A DNA stretch of 14,471 bases from Nitrospinota bacterium (GTDB lineage Bacteria; Nitrospinota; Nitrospinia; Nitrospinales; VA-1): NCBI GenBank assembly GCA_038108555.1, contig JAYNIA010000059.1, positions 1-14,471 of the forward strand. The letters run 5' to 3'. Below, piece by piece: positions 1-8,300 of this stretch (positions are counted from its first letter, which is position 1; each line of letters begins with the position of its first letter). The notes under the pieces were generated by a model. The model ran no database searches, was not told the DNA's origin, and saw nothing but the letters and a program-made list of their open reading frames with translations. The translations under genes were made by a program, and so were the position numbers.

Positions 1-487
1 CAGCGGTAGACTTTGCGGCATTAGCTGAATTCTGTGCGGCGGCAGCAGCACTTGCAGCACTATCAGCGGTAGATTGTGCTGCATTGGCTGAATTCTGAGC
101 GGCGGTGGCGGCACTTGCGGCACTATCAGCGGTAGACTTTGCGGCATTAGCTGAATTCTGTGCGGCGGCAGCAGCACTTGCGGCACCATCAGCGGTAGAC
201 TTTGCGGCATTGGCTGAATTCTGCGCAGCGGCGGCAGCACTTGCAGCACTATCAGCGGTAGATTGTGCTGCATTGGCTGAATTCTGCGCGGCAGCAGCAG
301 CACTTGCGGCACCATCAGCGGTAGATTGTGCGGCGTTGGCTGAATTCTGCGCGGCTGCGGCAGCACTGATGGCACTATCAGCGGTAGATTGTGCTGCATT
401 GGCCGAATTCTGAGCGGCGGCGGCGGCACTGACGGCACTATCTGCGGTAGATTGTGCGGCGTTGGCTGAATTTTGAGCGGCAGCAGC
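1..487. repeat. 63-bp coding tandem repeat, about 7.7 copies visible
   Basis: GCYGAATT motif recurs at 24, 87, 150, 213, 276, 339, 402 and 465 (exact 63-bp period). Differences are mostly synonymous in the minus-strand frame. Confidence 0.97.
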
Positions 488-652
488 ATCTGCTACTGCT
501 TGATCAGCAGTAGCTTTAACAGCACTTATTTGTTGTGGAATACTTGTACCAGGTTGGGTGTTTCCCTTTTTTTGAGCAAATGCAAAACTGCTAAAACTAA
601 AAAAGAAAAATAGAACTGTAAATAAAAAAACAGGTGCAGGTAAACGATTCAT
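1..652 (-). CDS. Secreted alanine-rich 21-aa tandem-repeat (alanine-zipper/coiled-coil) protein, 3' end outside window
   Basis: Hand translation from ATG at 652: MNRLPAPVFLFTVLFFFFSFSSFAFA-QKKGNTQPGTSIPQQISAVKATADQAVADAAA then (AQNSANAAQSTADSAASAAAA)n, open to the window edge. GGGGAG SD upstream; signal peptide ending AFA. Absent from the ORF track because there is no stop codon in the window. Confidence 0.88.
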   Translation of the reverse strand, partial: MNRLPAPVFLFTVLFFFFSFSSFAFAQKKGNTQPGTSIPQQISAVKATADQAVADAAAAQNSANAAQSTADSAVSAAAAAQNSANAAQSTADSAISAAAAAQNSANAAQSTADGAASAAAAAQNSANAAQSTADSAASAAAAAQNSANAAKSTADGAASAAAAAQNSANAAKSTADSAASAATAAQNSANAAQSTADSAASAAAAAQNSANAAKSTA

Positions 653-790
653 AATCTTTCTCCCCGAAAATAAATTTGCAACATAAAAAAAATCCTGCGA
701 TATAAAAGAAGTTTTAAACCTGATAAAACAGTTTAAATTTTGGAAGGTAGAAAAACTAAAACAAGGCAATGGTACTAATTATTGGACTGC

Positions 791-817
791 AAAAATACCC
801 CCACAAATAGGGGGTAT
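791..817 (-). terminator. Putative intrinsic terminator downstream of tRNA-Glu
   Basis: 8-bp stem ATACCCCC/GGGGGTAT (795-802/810-817) running into a T tract on the minus strand. Confidence 0.5.
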
Positions 818-946
818 ATGGACCGTTAGGAAATTATTAGAGGCTAATATTGGAGGATAGTTACAACTGGAATTGAAGGCTACTACGCTGGCAAGAAAAA
901 AAATTTATCTATATCTTTTTTAAGGTAAGTATTCACCCACGGTGAG

Positions 947-978
947 TGGTAGTCCCAAGGGGAATCGAACCCCTGTTT
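947..978 (-). pseudogene. Duplicated 3' fragment of a tRNA-Glu (variable loop, T-arm, acceptor 3' strand, CCA)
   Basis: Minus strand reads AAACAGGGGTTCGATTCCCCTTGGGACTACCA. Positions 949-978 match 1054-1083 at 29/30. Confidence 0.9.
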
Positions 979-1018
979 TACCCGTTCCGGGCATGAAATT
1001 TAAGGATGAGGATATCAC
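979..1018 (-). mobile_element. Miniature hairpin-ended dispersed element, copy 1 (40 bp)
   Basis: Minus strand GTGATATCCTCATCCTTAAATTTCATGCCCGGAACGGGTA, homologous to 8360-8398 and 8459-8496. It abuts the tRNA fragment exactly. Mobility is inferred. Confidence 0.65.
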
Positions 1019-1054
1019 ATCAGCGTTTTTTCTCACGCCTCCACGTTAGTGGAG

Positions 1055-1126
1055 TAGCCCCAAGGGGAATCGAACCCCTGTTTCCGGCGTGAGAGGCCAG
1101 CGTCCTAACCGCTAGACGATGGGGCC
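1055..1126 (-). tRNA. tRNA-Glu (anticodon CTC), CCA not encoded
   Basis: Cloverleaf: acceptor GGCCCCA/TGGGGCT, anticodon arm CTGGC-CTCTCAC-GCCGG, T-arm AGGGG-TTCGATT-CCCCT, discriminator A followed by CTC rather than CCA. Confidence 0.95.
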
Positions 1127-1148
1127 AGGTAAGTTTGTAGAAGACTTC

Positions 1149-1613
1149 TTAGAAACCATCGCGTTTCATGATGGGAGGACCGCTGCTCTTTTTCTTCTTT
1201 TGTTTCCTAATTTCGTTTTCGGCTTCGAGATCGCGTTTGTTCACTCCCGAAACCAGATAAACCATCAAGGGATAAGCGGGTAAGGACAAAATCCCCCAGG
1301 TCAGCATGAACTTTCCACCGGCAGAAATCATTCCCCCATCTTCACCATCATTTCCCCCTGTGCCGAATGCGAGGAAAAGCATCAGTCCCAATAACATTCC
1401 CATTAGCGAGGAAACGGATGTTTTATGCGCGACTTCGTTCATATATAGTGTTGGTAGCAACGGAAAATCGCTGACATAGGCACCGATGAGCCCCAATGTA
1501 AACATGATGAAAATGGCTGCCATTAAAAAGTCGTTGGTGATGGCAATGGTCGCGACCAACTGGTAAAGGGGAGCACAAAGGCCGACAATAAATGGATTTC
1601 GATAAATATTCAT
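1149..1613 (-). CDS. Hypothetical integral membrane protein (about 4 TM, basic C-terminal tail)
   Basis: ORF with four hydrophobic segments. ATG at 1613 has GAGG just upstream and is preferred over the TTG at 1625. No family recognised. Confidence 0.75.
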   Translation of the reverse strand: MNIYRNPFIVGLCAPLYQLVATIAITNDFLMAAIFIMFTLGLIGAYVSDFPLLPTLYMNEVAHKTSVSSLMGMLLGLMLFLAFGTGGNDGEDGGMISAGGKFMLTWGILSLPAYPLMVYLVSGVNKRDLEAENEIRKQKKKKSSGPPIMKRDGF

Positions 1614-1626
1614 TTTTCCTCGCAAT

Positions 1627-1648
1627 AAAAAAGCGGAGAAGCTCCGCT
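1627..1648 (-). terminator. Intrinsic terminator downstream of tRNA-Gln
   Basis: Minus strand AGCGGAG-CTT-CTCCGCT followed by TTTTT. Confidence 0.7.
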
Positions 1649-1726
1649 CATTTGGCGTATTAACCGTGACTATATTTGAGACCGCAAACTATTTTCAGCT
1701 GGTATTGGCTTCCCCTGCTAAAGGGT

Positions 1727-1800
1727 TGGCTCGGGTACAGGGATTCGAACCCCAACATTCAGAACCAGAATCTGACGTCCTACCGTTAGACGATACCCGA
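1727..1800 (-). tRNA. tRNA-Gln (anticodon CTG), CCA encoded
   Basis: Acceptor TCGGGTA/TACCCGA (U1-A72 typical of bacterial tRNA-Gln), anticodon arm TCAGA-TTCTGGT-TCTGA, T-loop TTCGAAT, ends G-CCA. Confidence 0.96.
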
Positions 1801-1826
1801 GCGTTTATTCCCTTGGATAATGATTT

Positions 1827-1855
1827 ATAATAATTTTTATAAATATCCATGTCAA
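1827..1855 (-). promoter_or_regulatory. Sigma70-type promoter for tRNA-Gln
   Basis: TTGACA (1855-1850), 17-bp spacer, TATTAT (1832-1827), about 27 nt upstream of the tRNA 5' end. Confidence 0.75.
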
Positions 1856-1893
1856 GATGGATCACCCTGATGCTAATTAAGGAACTATTTTAA

Positions 1894-2463
1894 ATGCGAG
1901 TGATTTCCGGTACGGCACGTGGAACCCGACTGGTGGATTTGGAGGATGCTGACATCCGCCCCACACTGGATCGGGTTAAAGAATCGTTTTTCAATCAGGT
2001 CGGACCCGACTTAACGGGACTTTCCTTTCTCGACTTGTTTGCCGGAACCGGGTCCATGGGCATAGAAGCTCTCAGTCGGGGTGCCGATCGGGTCGTATTT
2101 GTGGAGCAGAATTCCCAGTCCCAAAAGCTGATTACACGCAATTTGGAAAAGTGCCGGATGACAGGAGAAGATCAAGTTTCCCGCTGGGAATTGATGAAAG
2201 CAGATGCATTGGAATCTTTGTCTATTTTGAGTGAAAAGGATTTTTCCTTTGACCTTATCTATGTAGACCCTCCTTTTGCCGAAAATCTTTATGATTCTTG
2301 TCTCTCCCACCTGGCAGAATCTGAAATTTTGAAAGAGGATGCATGGGTTATTGTGGAGCATTTCCATAAGACAGGATTACAGGAAAGGTATGGTAGACTT
2401 GAATCTTTCAAGGATAGGCGGCTGGGGGATTCCTGTCTGTCGTTTTTCAAAATAGAACCATGA
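1894..2463 (+). CDS. rsmD: 16S rRNA (guanine966-N2)-methyltransferase
   Basis: MRVISG start, IRPT, RVKES.FN, DLFAGTG SAM motif, EALSRGA, DPPF. Confidence 0.95.
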   Translation: MRVISGTARGTRLVDLEDADIRPTLDRVKESFFNQVGPDLTGLSFLDLFAGTGSMGIEALSRGADRVVFVEQNSQSQKLITRNLEKCRMTGEDQVSRWELMKADALESLSILSEKDFSFDLIYVDPPFAENLYDSCLSHLAESEILKEDAWVIVEHFHKTGLQERYGRLESFKDRRLGDSCLSFFKIEP

Positions 2464-3533
2464 ATGAACCTGAAAAAATAGCGATTGCCATGAGCGGAGG
2501 GGTGGACAGCTCCGTTGCGGCTTCCATTATAAAAGAACAGGGTTATCAGGCTGTGGGCATCTCCCTGCAGTTGTGGAATTATTCCGAGTCGGATAACCGT
2601 TTCGGAACCTGCTGTTCTCTGGATGATCTTGCCGATGCCCGTCGTGTAGCAGAAAAAGTTGGCATTCCTTTTTATATTCTTAATATGGAGAAAAAGTTTA
2701 AGGAAGAGGTGGTCGACTATTTTATTTCAGAATACATGCAGGCTCGCACTCCGATCCCCTGTACTTTGTGCAACCAGAAATTAAAATTTGATGAGATGAT
2801 CCAGAAGGCCGAATCCTTCGGTGTGCGCCGGGTGGCTACAGGCCATTACGCTTCGATTGTCAAACATCCCAGCGGTAAGTTTCTGGTTCGACGCGGCCGT
2901 GACCGCTGGAAAGACCAGAGCTATTTCCTTTTCAATTTGTCACAGGACCAGCTATCTCGCCTGGAATTCCCTTTGGGAGATATGGACAAAAACGAAGTAC
3001 GTGACCGTGCACGGCAATTGGGATTGAATGTGGCAGAAAAAGCGGAATCGCATGAAATCTGTTTTATTCCCGATAACGATTACCCGAAATTTATTGCAAA
3101 ACAATTGAACGGCGATGCTTTCCAGCAGGGCGATATAGTGAATTCCAATGGAGAGGTGTTGGGCAAGCACAAAGGTTACCCGGCTTTTACCATTGGGCAA
3201 AGAAAGGGTTTGAATATTGGGGGACTCAAAGAGCCACATTTCGTCACTCATATTGATCCTGTGAACAACCGCATTACTGTAGGAACCAAAAAAGAATTGG
3301 AACGTGCAGATTGTTTTGTGGCCAATGTCAACTGGTGTCTGGATGTGGAAAACGCTATCCGTGCAGATGTGCAGATTCGATATCGTCACCAGGCCGTGCC
3401 GGCAACCCTCAATAAAATTGGTGATGATCGTGTGAAGGTTGAATTTGACCAGCCTCAATTATCCATTGCTCCGGGACAGTCCGCCGTGTTTTATGAGGAA
3501 GATTGCGTGATCGGCGGCGGGTGGCTGGAATGA
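2460..3533 (+). CDS. mnmA: tRNA 2-thiouridine(34) synthase
   Basis: SGGVDS PP-loop, PCTLCN (CxxC, C-type), ATGHYA, DQSYFL, EICF, TIGQRKG, PGQSAVFY. ATGA overlap with rsmD. Confidence 0.97.
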   Translation: MNEPEKIAIAMSGGVDSSVAASIIKEQGYQAVGISLQLWNYSESDNRFGTCCSLDDLADARRVAEKVGIPFYILNMEKKFKEEVVDYFISEYMQARTPIPCTLCNQKLKFDEMIQKAESFGVRRVATGHYASIVKHPSGKFLVRRGRDRWKDQSYFLFNLSQDQLSRLEFPLGDMDKNEVRDRARQLGLNVAEKAESHEICFIPDNDYPKFIAKQLNGDAFQQGDIVNSNGEVLGKHKGYPAFTIGQRKGLNIGGLKEPHFVTHIDPVNNRITVGTKKELERADCFVANVNWCLDVENAIRADVQIRYRHQAVPATLNKIGDDRVKVEFDQPQLSIAPGQSAVFYEEDCVIGGGWLE

Positions 3534-4312
3534 GTCAGGAAGTCATAGTCGCCGTAGAAGCCGCATTGCAGGCGGGTAAAATCCTAAAAGAACGCGCTGA
3601 CGATATCGGTAAAATTTCATTTAAAGAATTTCATGATCCGGTAACAGAAGTTGACCACCTTGCCGAGCAGGCAGTCATTACCCGAATTAAAAAAACTTTT
3701 CCCGATCACGATTTCCTCGCCGAAGAATCAGGGGATTCCCAGGGGAGCGACTCTACAAGTAAATGGATCATTGATCCTCTCGACGGTACTTTGAACTATT
3801 CCCACGGTTACCCCTGCTACTGCGTTTCCATTGCATTAGAGCAGGAAGGCGAAGTTAAAGTGGGAGTCATCTATAATCCCTGTCTCGATGAATTGTTCGT
3901 CGCCGAAAAGGGGCAGGGTGCCATCCTGAATGGCAAGCCCATTAAAGTCTCCTCCATTGACACTTTGCAAAAAAGTTTGCTGGTCACCGGTTTTGCTCCG
4001 CGTGTGGTGAAATCCGAGAAAGATAACCTCGACCATTTCTGTAATTTCATGAAAGCCAGCCAGGCTGTTCGAAGACCCGGTTCCGCAGCTATGGACCTTG
4101 TCTATACCGCCATGGGGCGCTTTGAAGGATTCTGGGAGAGAGGACTCCACGCCTGGGATGCGGCGGCAGGTCTCCTGATCGTTCTGGAAGCCGGTGGAAT
4201 GGCCAGTAAATTCGATGGCAGTCCGGTTACCATTTATGACCAGGAAATTCTGGTGAGTAACGGATTGGTCCATCAGGAAATGGTGGATGTGTTGCAGAAG
4301 GGAAAGTTGTAA
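3530..4312 (+). CDS. suhB: Inositol monophosphatase family protein (SuhB-like)
   Basis: VTEVD, AEE, WIIDPLDGTLNY, GSAA and WDAAAG motifs. Start placed at the ATG overlapping the mnmA stop (ATGA). Confidence 0.9.
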   Translation: MSQEVIVAVEAALQAGKILKERADDIGKISFKEFHDPVTEVDHLAEQAVITRIKKTFPDHDFLAEESGDSQGSDSTSKWIIDPLDGTLNYSHGYPCYCVSIALEQEGEVKVGVIYNPCLDELFVAEKGQGAILNGKPIKVSSIDTLQKSLLVTGFAPRVVKSEKDNLDHFCNFMKASQAVRRPGSAAMDLVYTAMGRFEGFWERGLHAWDAAAGLLIVLEAGGMASKFDGSPVTIYDQEILVSNGLVHQEMVDVLQKGKL

Positions 4313-4331
4313 TATCCCCCGGACTTTGTCC

Positions 4332-4964
4332 ATGAAAAAATCTTTCCAAATTATCCTCTTAATTTTTTTATTGCTCGGATGCCAGTCCACTCCTGCAAAA
4401 GATTGTGTGGGTTGCGCACATGATTTGTTCCTGTGGAAAACCGCTGTAGACACAATTGCCCTGGCCAACTTTCCTGAAGAAGAGTTTGTTTCGGTGGTGC
4501 ATTATGCAAATTTTTCCAACGCCTGGGTGACCACGGGAAATGAAGTCAACATCACAAAAAACTTTCTCCACGAACTGACAACAGAGCAACGGGTGGCAGT
4601 GGCCGCTCATGAAATTGCACATCTCAAATCAGGACATTACTATACCAAGCTGGGTGCCTCCATCCTGACCTCGATTGGTTTTTCTGTGCTCAATTTATTT
4701 GTGCCCGGTGCCGGGTATAGCGAATATGTGGTCAAGCCTGCATTGATGGGCGGGTTCTCCCGTACCCAGGAACTGGAAGCAGATAAGCTGGGTATTCAGT
4801 ATTTAAAAAAGGCGGGATTGGGAAAAGAATACTATATTCAGTTGTTACAGGTGCTTCAAAAACACTCGGGAAATAAATCAGAAGAAACCAGCTATTTTGA
4901 TACCCATCCCTCAAATGAAGAGCGAATCAGACAGGTCATTGGTTTGCAAACTATAGTGGATTGA
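4332..4964 (+). CDS. M48 family zinc metallopeptidase, predicted lipoprotein
   Basis: MKK...LLLGC lipobox from ATG 4332; NAW, AHEIAH (HExxH), FSRTQELEAD, THP motifs. Confidence 0.88.
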   Translation: MKKSFQIILLIFLLLGCQSTPAKDCVGCAHDLFLWKTAVDTIALANFPEEEFVSVVHYANFSNAWVTTGNEVNITKNFLHELTTEQRVAVAAHEIAHLKSGHYYTKLGASILTSIGFSVLNLFVPGAGYSEYVVKPALMGGFSRTQELEADKLGIQYLKKAGLGKEYYIQLLQVLQKHSGNKSEETSYFDTHPSNEERIRQVIGLQTIVD

Positions 4965-4970
4965 AATGGA

Positions 4971-6887
4971 TTATTTGGCTTTATCGGGATTGACCAGATA
5001 AGTGTAGCCGCTAAGTCCTTCCTTATAAAGACTCAGAAAATCATCGGCCTCTTTTTGTGTGACCACTCCCCGTTGCACACAGCCGATGAGGAATCCATCA
5101 ATACGTCCGGCGAGTTCATCCGCTGAAAATTGCACATAGTCGAGCACATCGGTTACATCCTCACCTTCGATGATCTGTTCGTATTTCAACGAACCATCAT
5201 CGTTCAGCGAAACATGAATCGTGTTGGTGTCGCCGAACAGGTTGTGAAGGTCGCCGAGAATTTCCTGATAGGCCCCTGTCAGGAAAATGCACAAAGGATA
5301 AGTTTCACCAGGTTCTAACGGATGCACCCGAAGCGTATTTTCTGTACCTCGATTGGTGCCGATGAAAGTATCTATTTTGCCATCGGAGTCACAGGTGATG
5401 TCTTCCAATGTTGCATCGCGGGTGGGTTCCTCATTTAATCGATAAAGTGGAACCACTGGGAACACCTGATCAATCGCCCATGAGTCGGGGACAGATTGAA
5501 ATATGGAAAAGTTGCAGAAGTATTTATCCGCCAGGCGGGTTTTCAGGCTCCGAATTTCATCAGGCATGAACTTGAGCCGCGTGCTCAGCTTTTCAATTTT
5601 ACGGCAGATGCCCCAGAAAATTCGTTCCGCCATGGCACGGCTTTCAAGAGAGATCAGTCCCAGCAAAAACTGGTTCTGCGCTTCATCTTTTAAATGCACC
5701 GCATCGTGCCAGGACTCGTTCAGGTTTTTATTAGAAGTGGAGTCGAGCACATGGAAAATTTCTTTGACCACTTCGGGAGCCTCTTCGTCAATCTCAATGG
5801 TATCGCTCCATTCGGGAAAGCTGGTGACATCAAGCACGTTGACCACCAGAATGGAATGATGCGCCGTCATGGCTCGTCCCGATTCTGAAATGATGTTGGG
5901 GTGCGGCAGGTTTTCCTTGTTGCAGATTTCCAGAAGGTGATAAACAACATCGTTCGCATACTCCTGCACGGTATAATTGGTGCTGGATGCGAAAGTGGAG
6001 CGCGAACCATCGTAGTCCACTCCCAGTCCGCCACCGACATCTATATATTCAATACCGCAACCGAACCGCATCAGTTCGGAATAAAAACGGCCCACTTCCT
6101 GCAAACTGTTTTTGATTCGGCGGATATTAGTGATCTGGCTGCCCAGATGGAAATGGATCAGCTTGATACTGTCGAGAATGTTTTTCTCTTTCGCAATTTG
6201 AAGAGCTTCCATTAACTCGATCGAGTTCAAGCCAAACTTGGAGTGTTCCCCGGCAGAAGAAGACCAGCGTCCCTGGCCGCTACTTAATAGCTTGATACGC
6301 AATCCGATATTGGGTTTGATTCCCAGTTCCCTGGCTACTTTTTCAATGAGAGAGAGCTCGTCCAGTTTTTCCACAACGATGAAAACTTTTTTCCCCAGCT
6401 TCTGACTCATCAGTGCTAACCGGATAAAAGCCTCGTCTTTATATCCGTTGCAAACGAGCAGGGCTTCGGGATTATCGAGAATGGCGAGAATGGCGTGCAG
6501 CTCGGGTTTTGATCCCGCTTCCAGTCCGATATTGTAGGGTTGGCCGAATTTTACGATTTCCTCAACGACTTGGCGTTGCTGGTTGACCTTGATGGGGTAG
6601 ACTCCGTGGTATTGTCCGTTGTAGTTGTATTCGTTGATGGCCTTACTGAAAGAATTTGCCAGGTTGGCGATACTCGCTTTCAGGATGTCAGAGAACCGGA
6701 TGAGGACGGGCAGGGAGTAGCCCTTTTCCTGGATATCGTCGACCAGTTCCTTGAGGTCTATATCATGCCGGCTTTGACGATTGGATCGGACGACGATATT
6801 GCCCTTGGCATTGATATCAAAATAACCCGCACCCCAGCCGTCAATATTATAATGTTCACGGGCTTCTTCAATCGTCCACTTCGGCAT
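4971..6887 (-). CDS. speA: Biosynthetic arginine decarboxylase
   Basis: 638 aa; YPIKVNQ (PLP Lys), GLEAGSKPEL, HFHLGSQ, DVGGGLGVDYDG, ESGRA, NFSIFQSVPDSWAIDQ, TCDSDG, GAYQEILG. Confidence 0.97.
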   Translation of the reverse strand: MPKWTIEEAREHYNIDGWGAGYFDINAKGNIVVRSNRQSRHDIDLKELVDDIQEKGYSLPVLIRFSDILKASIANLANSFSKAINEYNYNGQYHGVYPIKVNQQRQVVEEIVKFGQPYNIGLEAGSKPELHAILAILDNPEALLVCNGYKDEAFIRLALMSQKLGKKVFIVVEKLDELSLIEKVARELGIKPNIGLRIKLLSSGQGRWSSSAGEHSKFGLNSIELMEALQIAKEKNILDSIKLIHFHLGSQITNIRRIKNSLQEVGRFYSELMRFGCGIEYIDVGGGLGVDYDGSRSTFASSTNYTVQEYANDVVYHLLEICNKENLPHPNIISESGRAMTAHHSILVVNVLDVTSFPEWSDTIEIDEEAPEVVKEIFHVLDSTSNKNLNESWHDAVHLKDEAQNQFLLGLISLESRAMAERIFWGICRKIEKLSTRLKFMPDEIRSLKTRLADKYFCNFSIFQSVPDSWAIDQVFPVVPLYRLNEEPTRDATLEDITCDSDGKIDTFIGTNRGTENTLRVHPLEPGETYPLCIFLTGAYQEILGDLHNLFGDTNTIHVSLNDDGSLKYEQIIEGEDVTDVLDYVQFSADELAGRIDGFLIGCVQRGVVTQKEADDFLSLYKEGLSGYTYLVNPDKAK

Positions 6888-7042
6888 ACTGTTTCTTTGA
6901 AAATCGTATTAATAAGTATAGCTATTTGGCCCTAAGGCAAAGGGAAAGTCAAATGAAATCAAAGTGTTTTTTTGAATATTGAAATTATGCTATAACCTCT
7001 GGATTGTTTAATTGAATCACCTATTCCCATTAGAGATAGAAA

Positions 7043-8278
7043 ATGAAAATTGAAAATGTCGAAGTCCAGGAAATAGCCAGTCAGTTTGGCACGCCTGTTT
7101 ATGTTTATAGTCTGGAAATTCTGCGCCAGTCCATCAATGAGATAAAAAAGCTTTCCCCCGTGGTCCGTTACGCGATGAAGGCCTCGTCCAATGTGAAAAT
7201 TTTGCAGGAGATGCTGGCAAATGGAGTGAAGATCGATGCAGTGAGTGTCTACGAAGTTCAACGCGCCATTCGCGCCGGATATAAGGCTGAAGACATTTGT
7301 TTCACCAGCGATGTGTTTTTCAATGCCGACGATGTGAACTATTGCCTGGAAAATAATGTCTACTGCAACTGCGGAACGCTGGGGATGGTTGAAGAATATG
7401 GCCAAGCACTCAAAAAGCAGGGAAAAGGCTCCTCTAAAATTTCAATTCGTATCAATCCGGGAGAAGGGGCAGGGCATTCCAAAAAAACCAATACAGGTGG
7501 ACCCTACAGCAAGCACGGTATCTGGTACCAGAATCTGGATGAAGTTAAAGCGTTGTTGAAGAAGTACGACCTCATTTTATCAGGTGTGCATATGCATATC
7601 GGTTCCGGCGGCGATATGGAACATCTCAAACGCATCACCGGTAAGCTTGTAGATTTTGCAAAGGAATTCCCGGATGTGGAGCAGATTAATTTCGGCGGAG
7701 GACTGCCATACCAGTATGACCCTGATCAACCACAGGAAGATATTTCCGGTTATAAATCGATTATCGATGAGCGTGCACGAGTATTGAAAGAACATTTTGG
7801 CAGGGAAGTGGTATGTGAAATCGAACCCGGAAGACGCTTTGTAGCAGGCTGCGGATATTTGATTGGCGAGGTGCGATCTCTCAACCACACCTTCGATGAA
7901 GATGGAAAACGCATCGACTATGTTCTAACCAATGTTGGATTCTGTCATTTGATTAGACCGATGGCCTATGGTTCGTTTCACCCTATTTGGTTCGATGGTG
8001 AAGGCCTGGGGCCGGAGCAGGATCTGATCATTGCCGGTCCGGTTTGTGAGTCGGGAGATGTATTGACACAAAAAGATGAGGAGCCGGTTCCTCGAAAACT
8101 TCCGATGCCAAAGGCCGGGGATTGTATAGTAATCGGCGGGGCAGGGGCTTATGGGCATGTCATGTCCTCCAACTACAATTCGCAACCTCTCATTCCAGAA
8201 GTGATTGTTGATGGCGACCAATGCACGTTGACGCGCAAACGCCAGACGCTTGATGACATTATGCAAGCTGAAGAATAA
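7043..8278 (+). CDS. lysA: Diaminopimelate decarboxylase
   Basis: GTPVYVY, YAMKA (PLP Lys), RINP, HMHIGS, GGG, EPGR, LIRPMAY, GPVCESGD, GAYG, SNYN. Confidence 0.9.
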   Translation: MKIENVEVQEIASQFGTPVYVYSLEILRQSINEIKKLSPVVRYAMKASSNVKILQEMLANGVKIDAVSVYEVQRAIRAGYKAEDICFTSDVFFNADDVNYCLENNVYCNCGTLGMVEEYGQALKKQGKGSSKISIRINPGEGAGHSKKTNTGGPYSKHGIWYQNLDEVKALLKKYDLILSGVHMHIGSGGDMEHLKRITGKLVDFAKEFPDVEQINFGGGLPYQYDPDQPQEDISGYKSIIDERARVLKEHFGREVVCEIEPGRRFVAGCGYLIGEVRSLNHTFDEDGKRIDYVLTNVGFCHLIRPMAYGSFHPIWFDGEGLGPEQDLIIAGPVCESGDVLTQKDEEPVPRKLPMPKAGDCIVIGGAGAYGHVMSSNYNSQPLIPEVIVDGDQCTLTRKRQTLDDIMQAEE

Positions 8279-8300
8279 AATCCAACTTTAAAGGTAAAAC

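Noticed and set aside
105..413. Plus-strand ORF with AALAEFCAAAA repeats
   Set aside because: Antisense shadow of the repeat gene. It is broken by TGA in some units, while the minus frame is open and has an SD and signal peptide.
1..487. CRISPR array interpretation of the 63-bp periodicity
   Set aside because: Whole units repeat with no unique spacers, the period is a multiple of 3, variation is mostly synonymous, and there are no cas genes.
1..487. Type I antifreeze protein similarity (Ala/Thr-rich helix)
   Set aside because: Periodicity is 7/21, not the 11-residue Thr spacing of type I AFPs; only composition is similar.
567..630. Phase variation by homopolymer tracts in the signal peptide region
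   Set aside because: Runs are only 7 nt, the frame is intact, and they are explained by Phe/Lys codons in AT-rich DNA.
947..1126. Intact prophage or integrative element at tRNA-Glu
   Set aside because: Only about 75 bp lie between the duplicated ends and no integrase is in the window.
3503..3529. Upstream start extensions given by the ORF track (suhB 3503, peptidase 4287, membrane gene 1625)
   Set aside because: Downstream ATGs give an ATGA overlap, a proper lipoprotein signal or a better SD.
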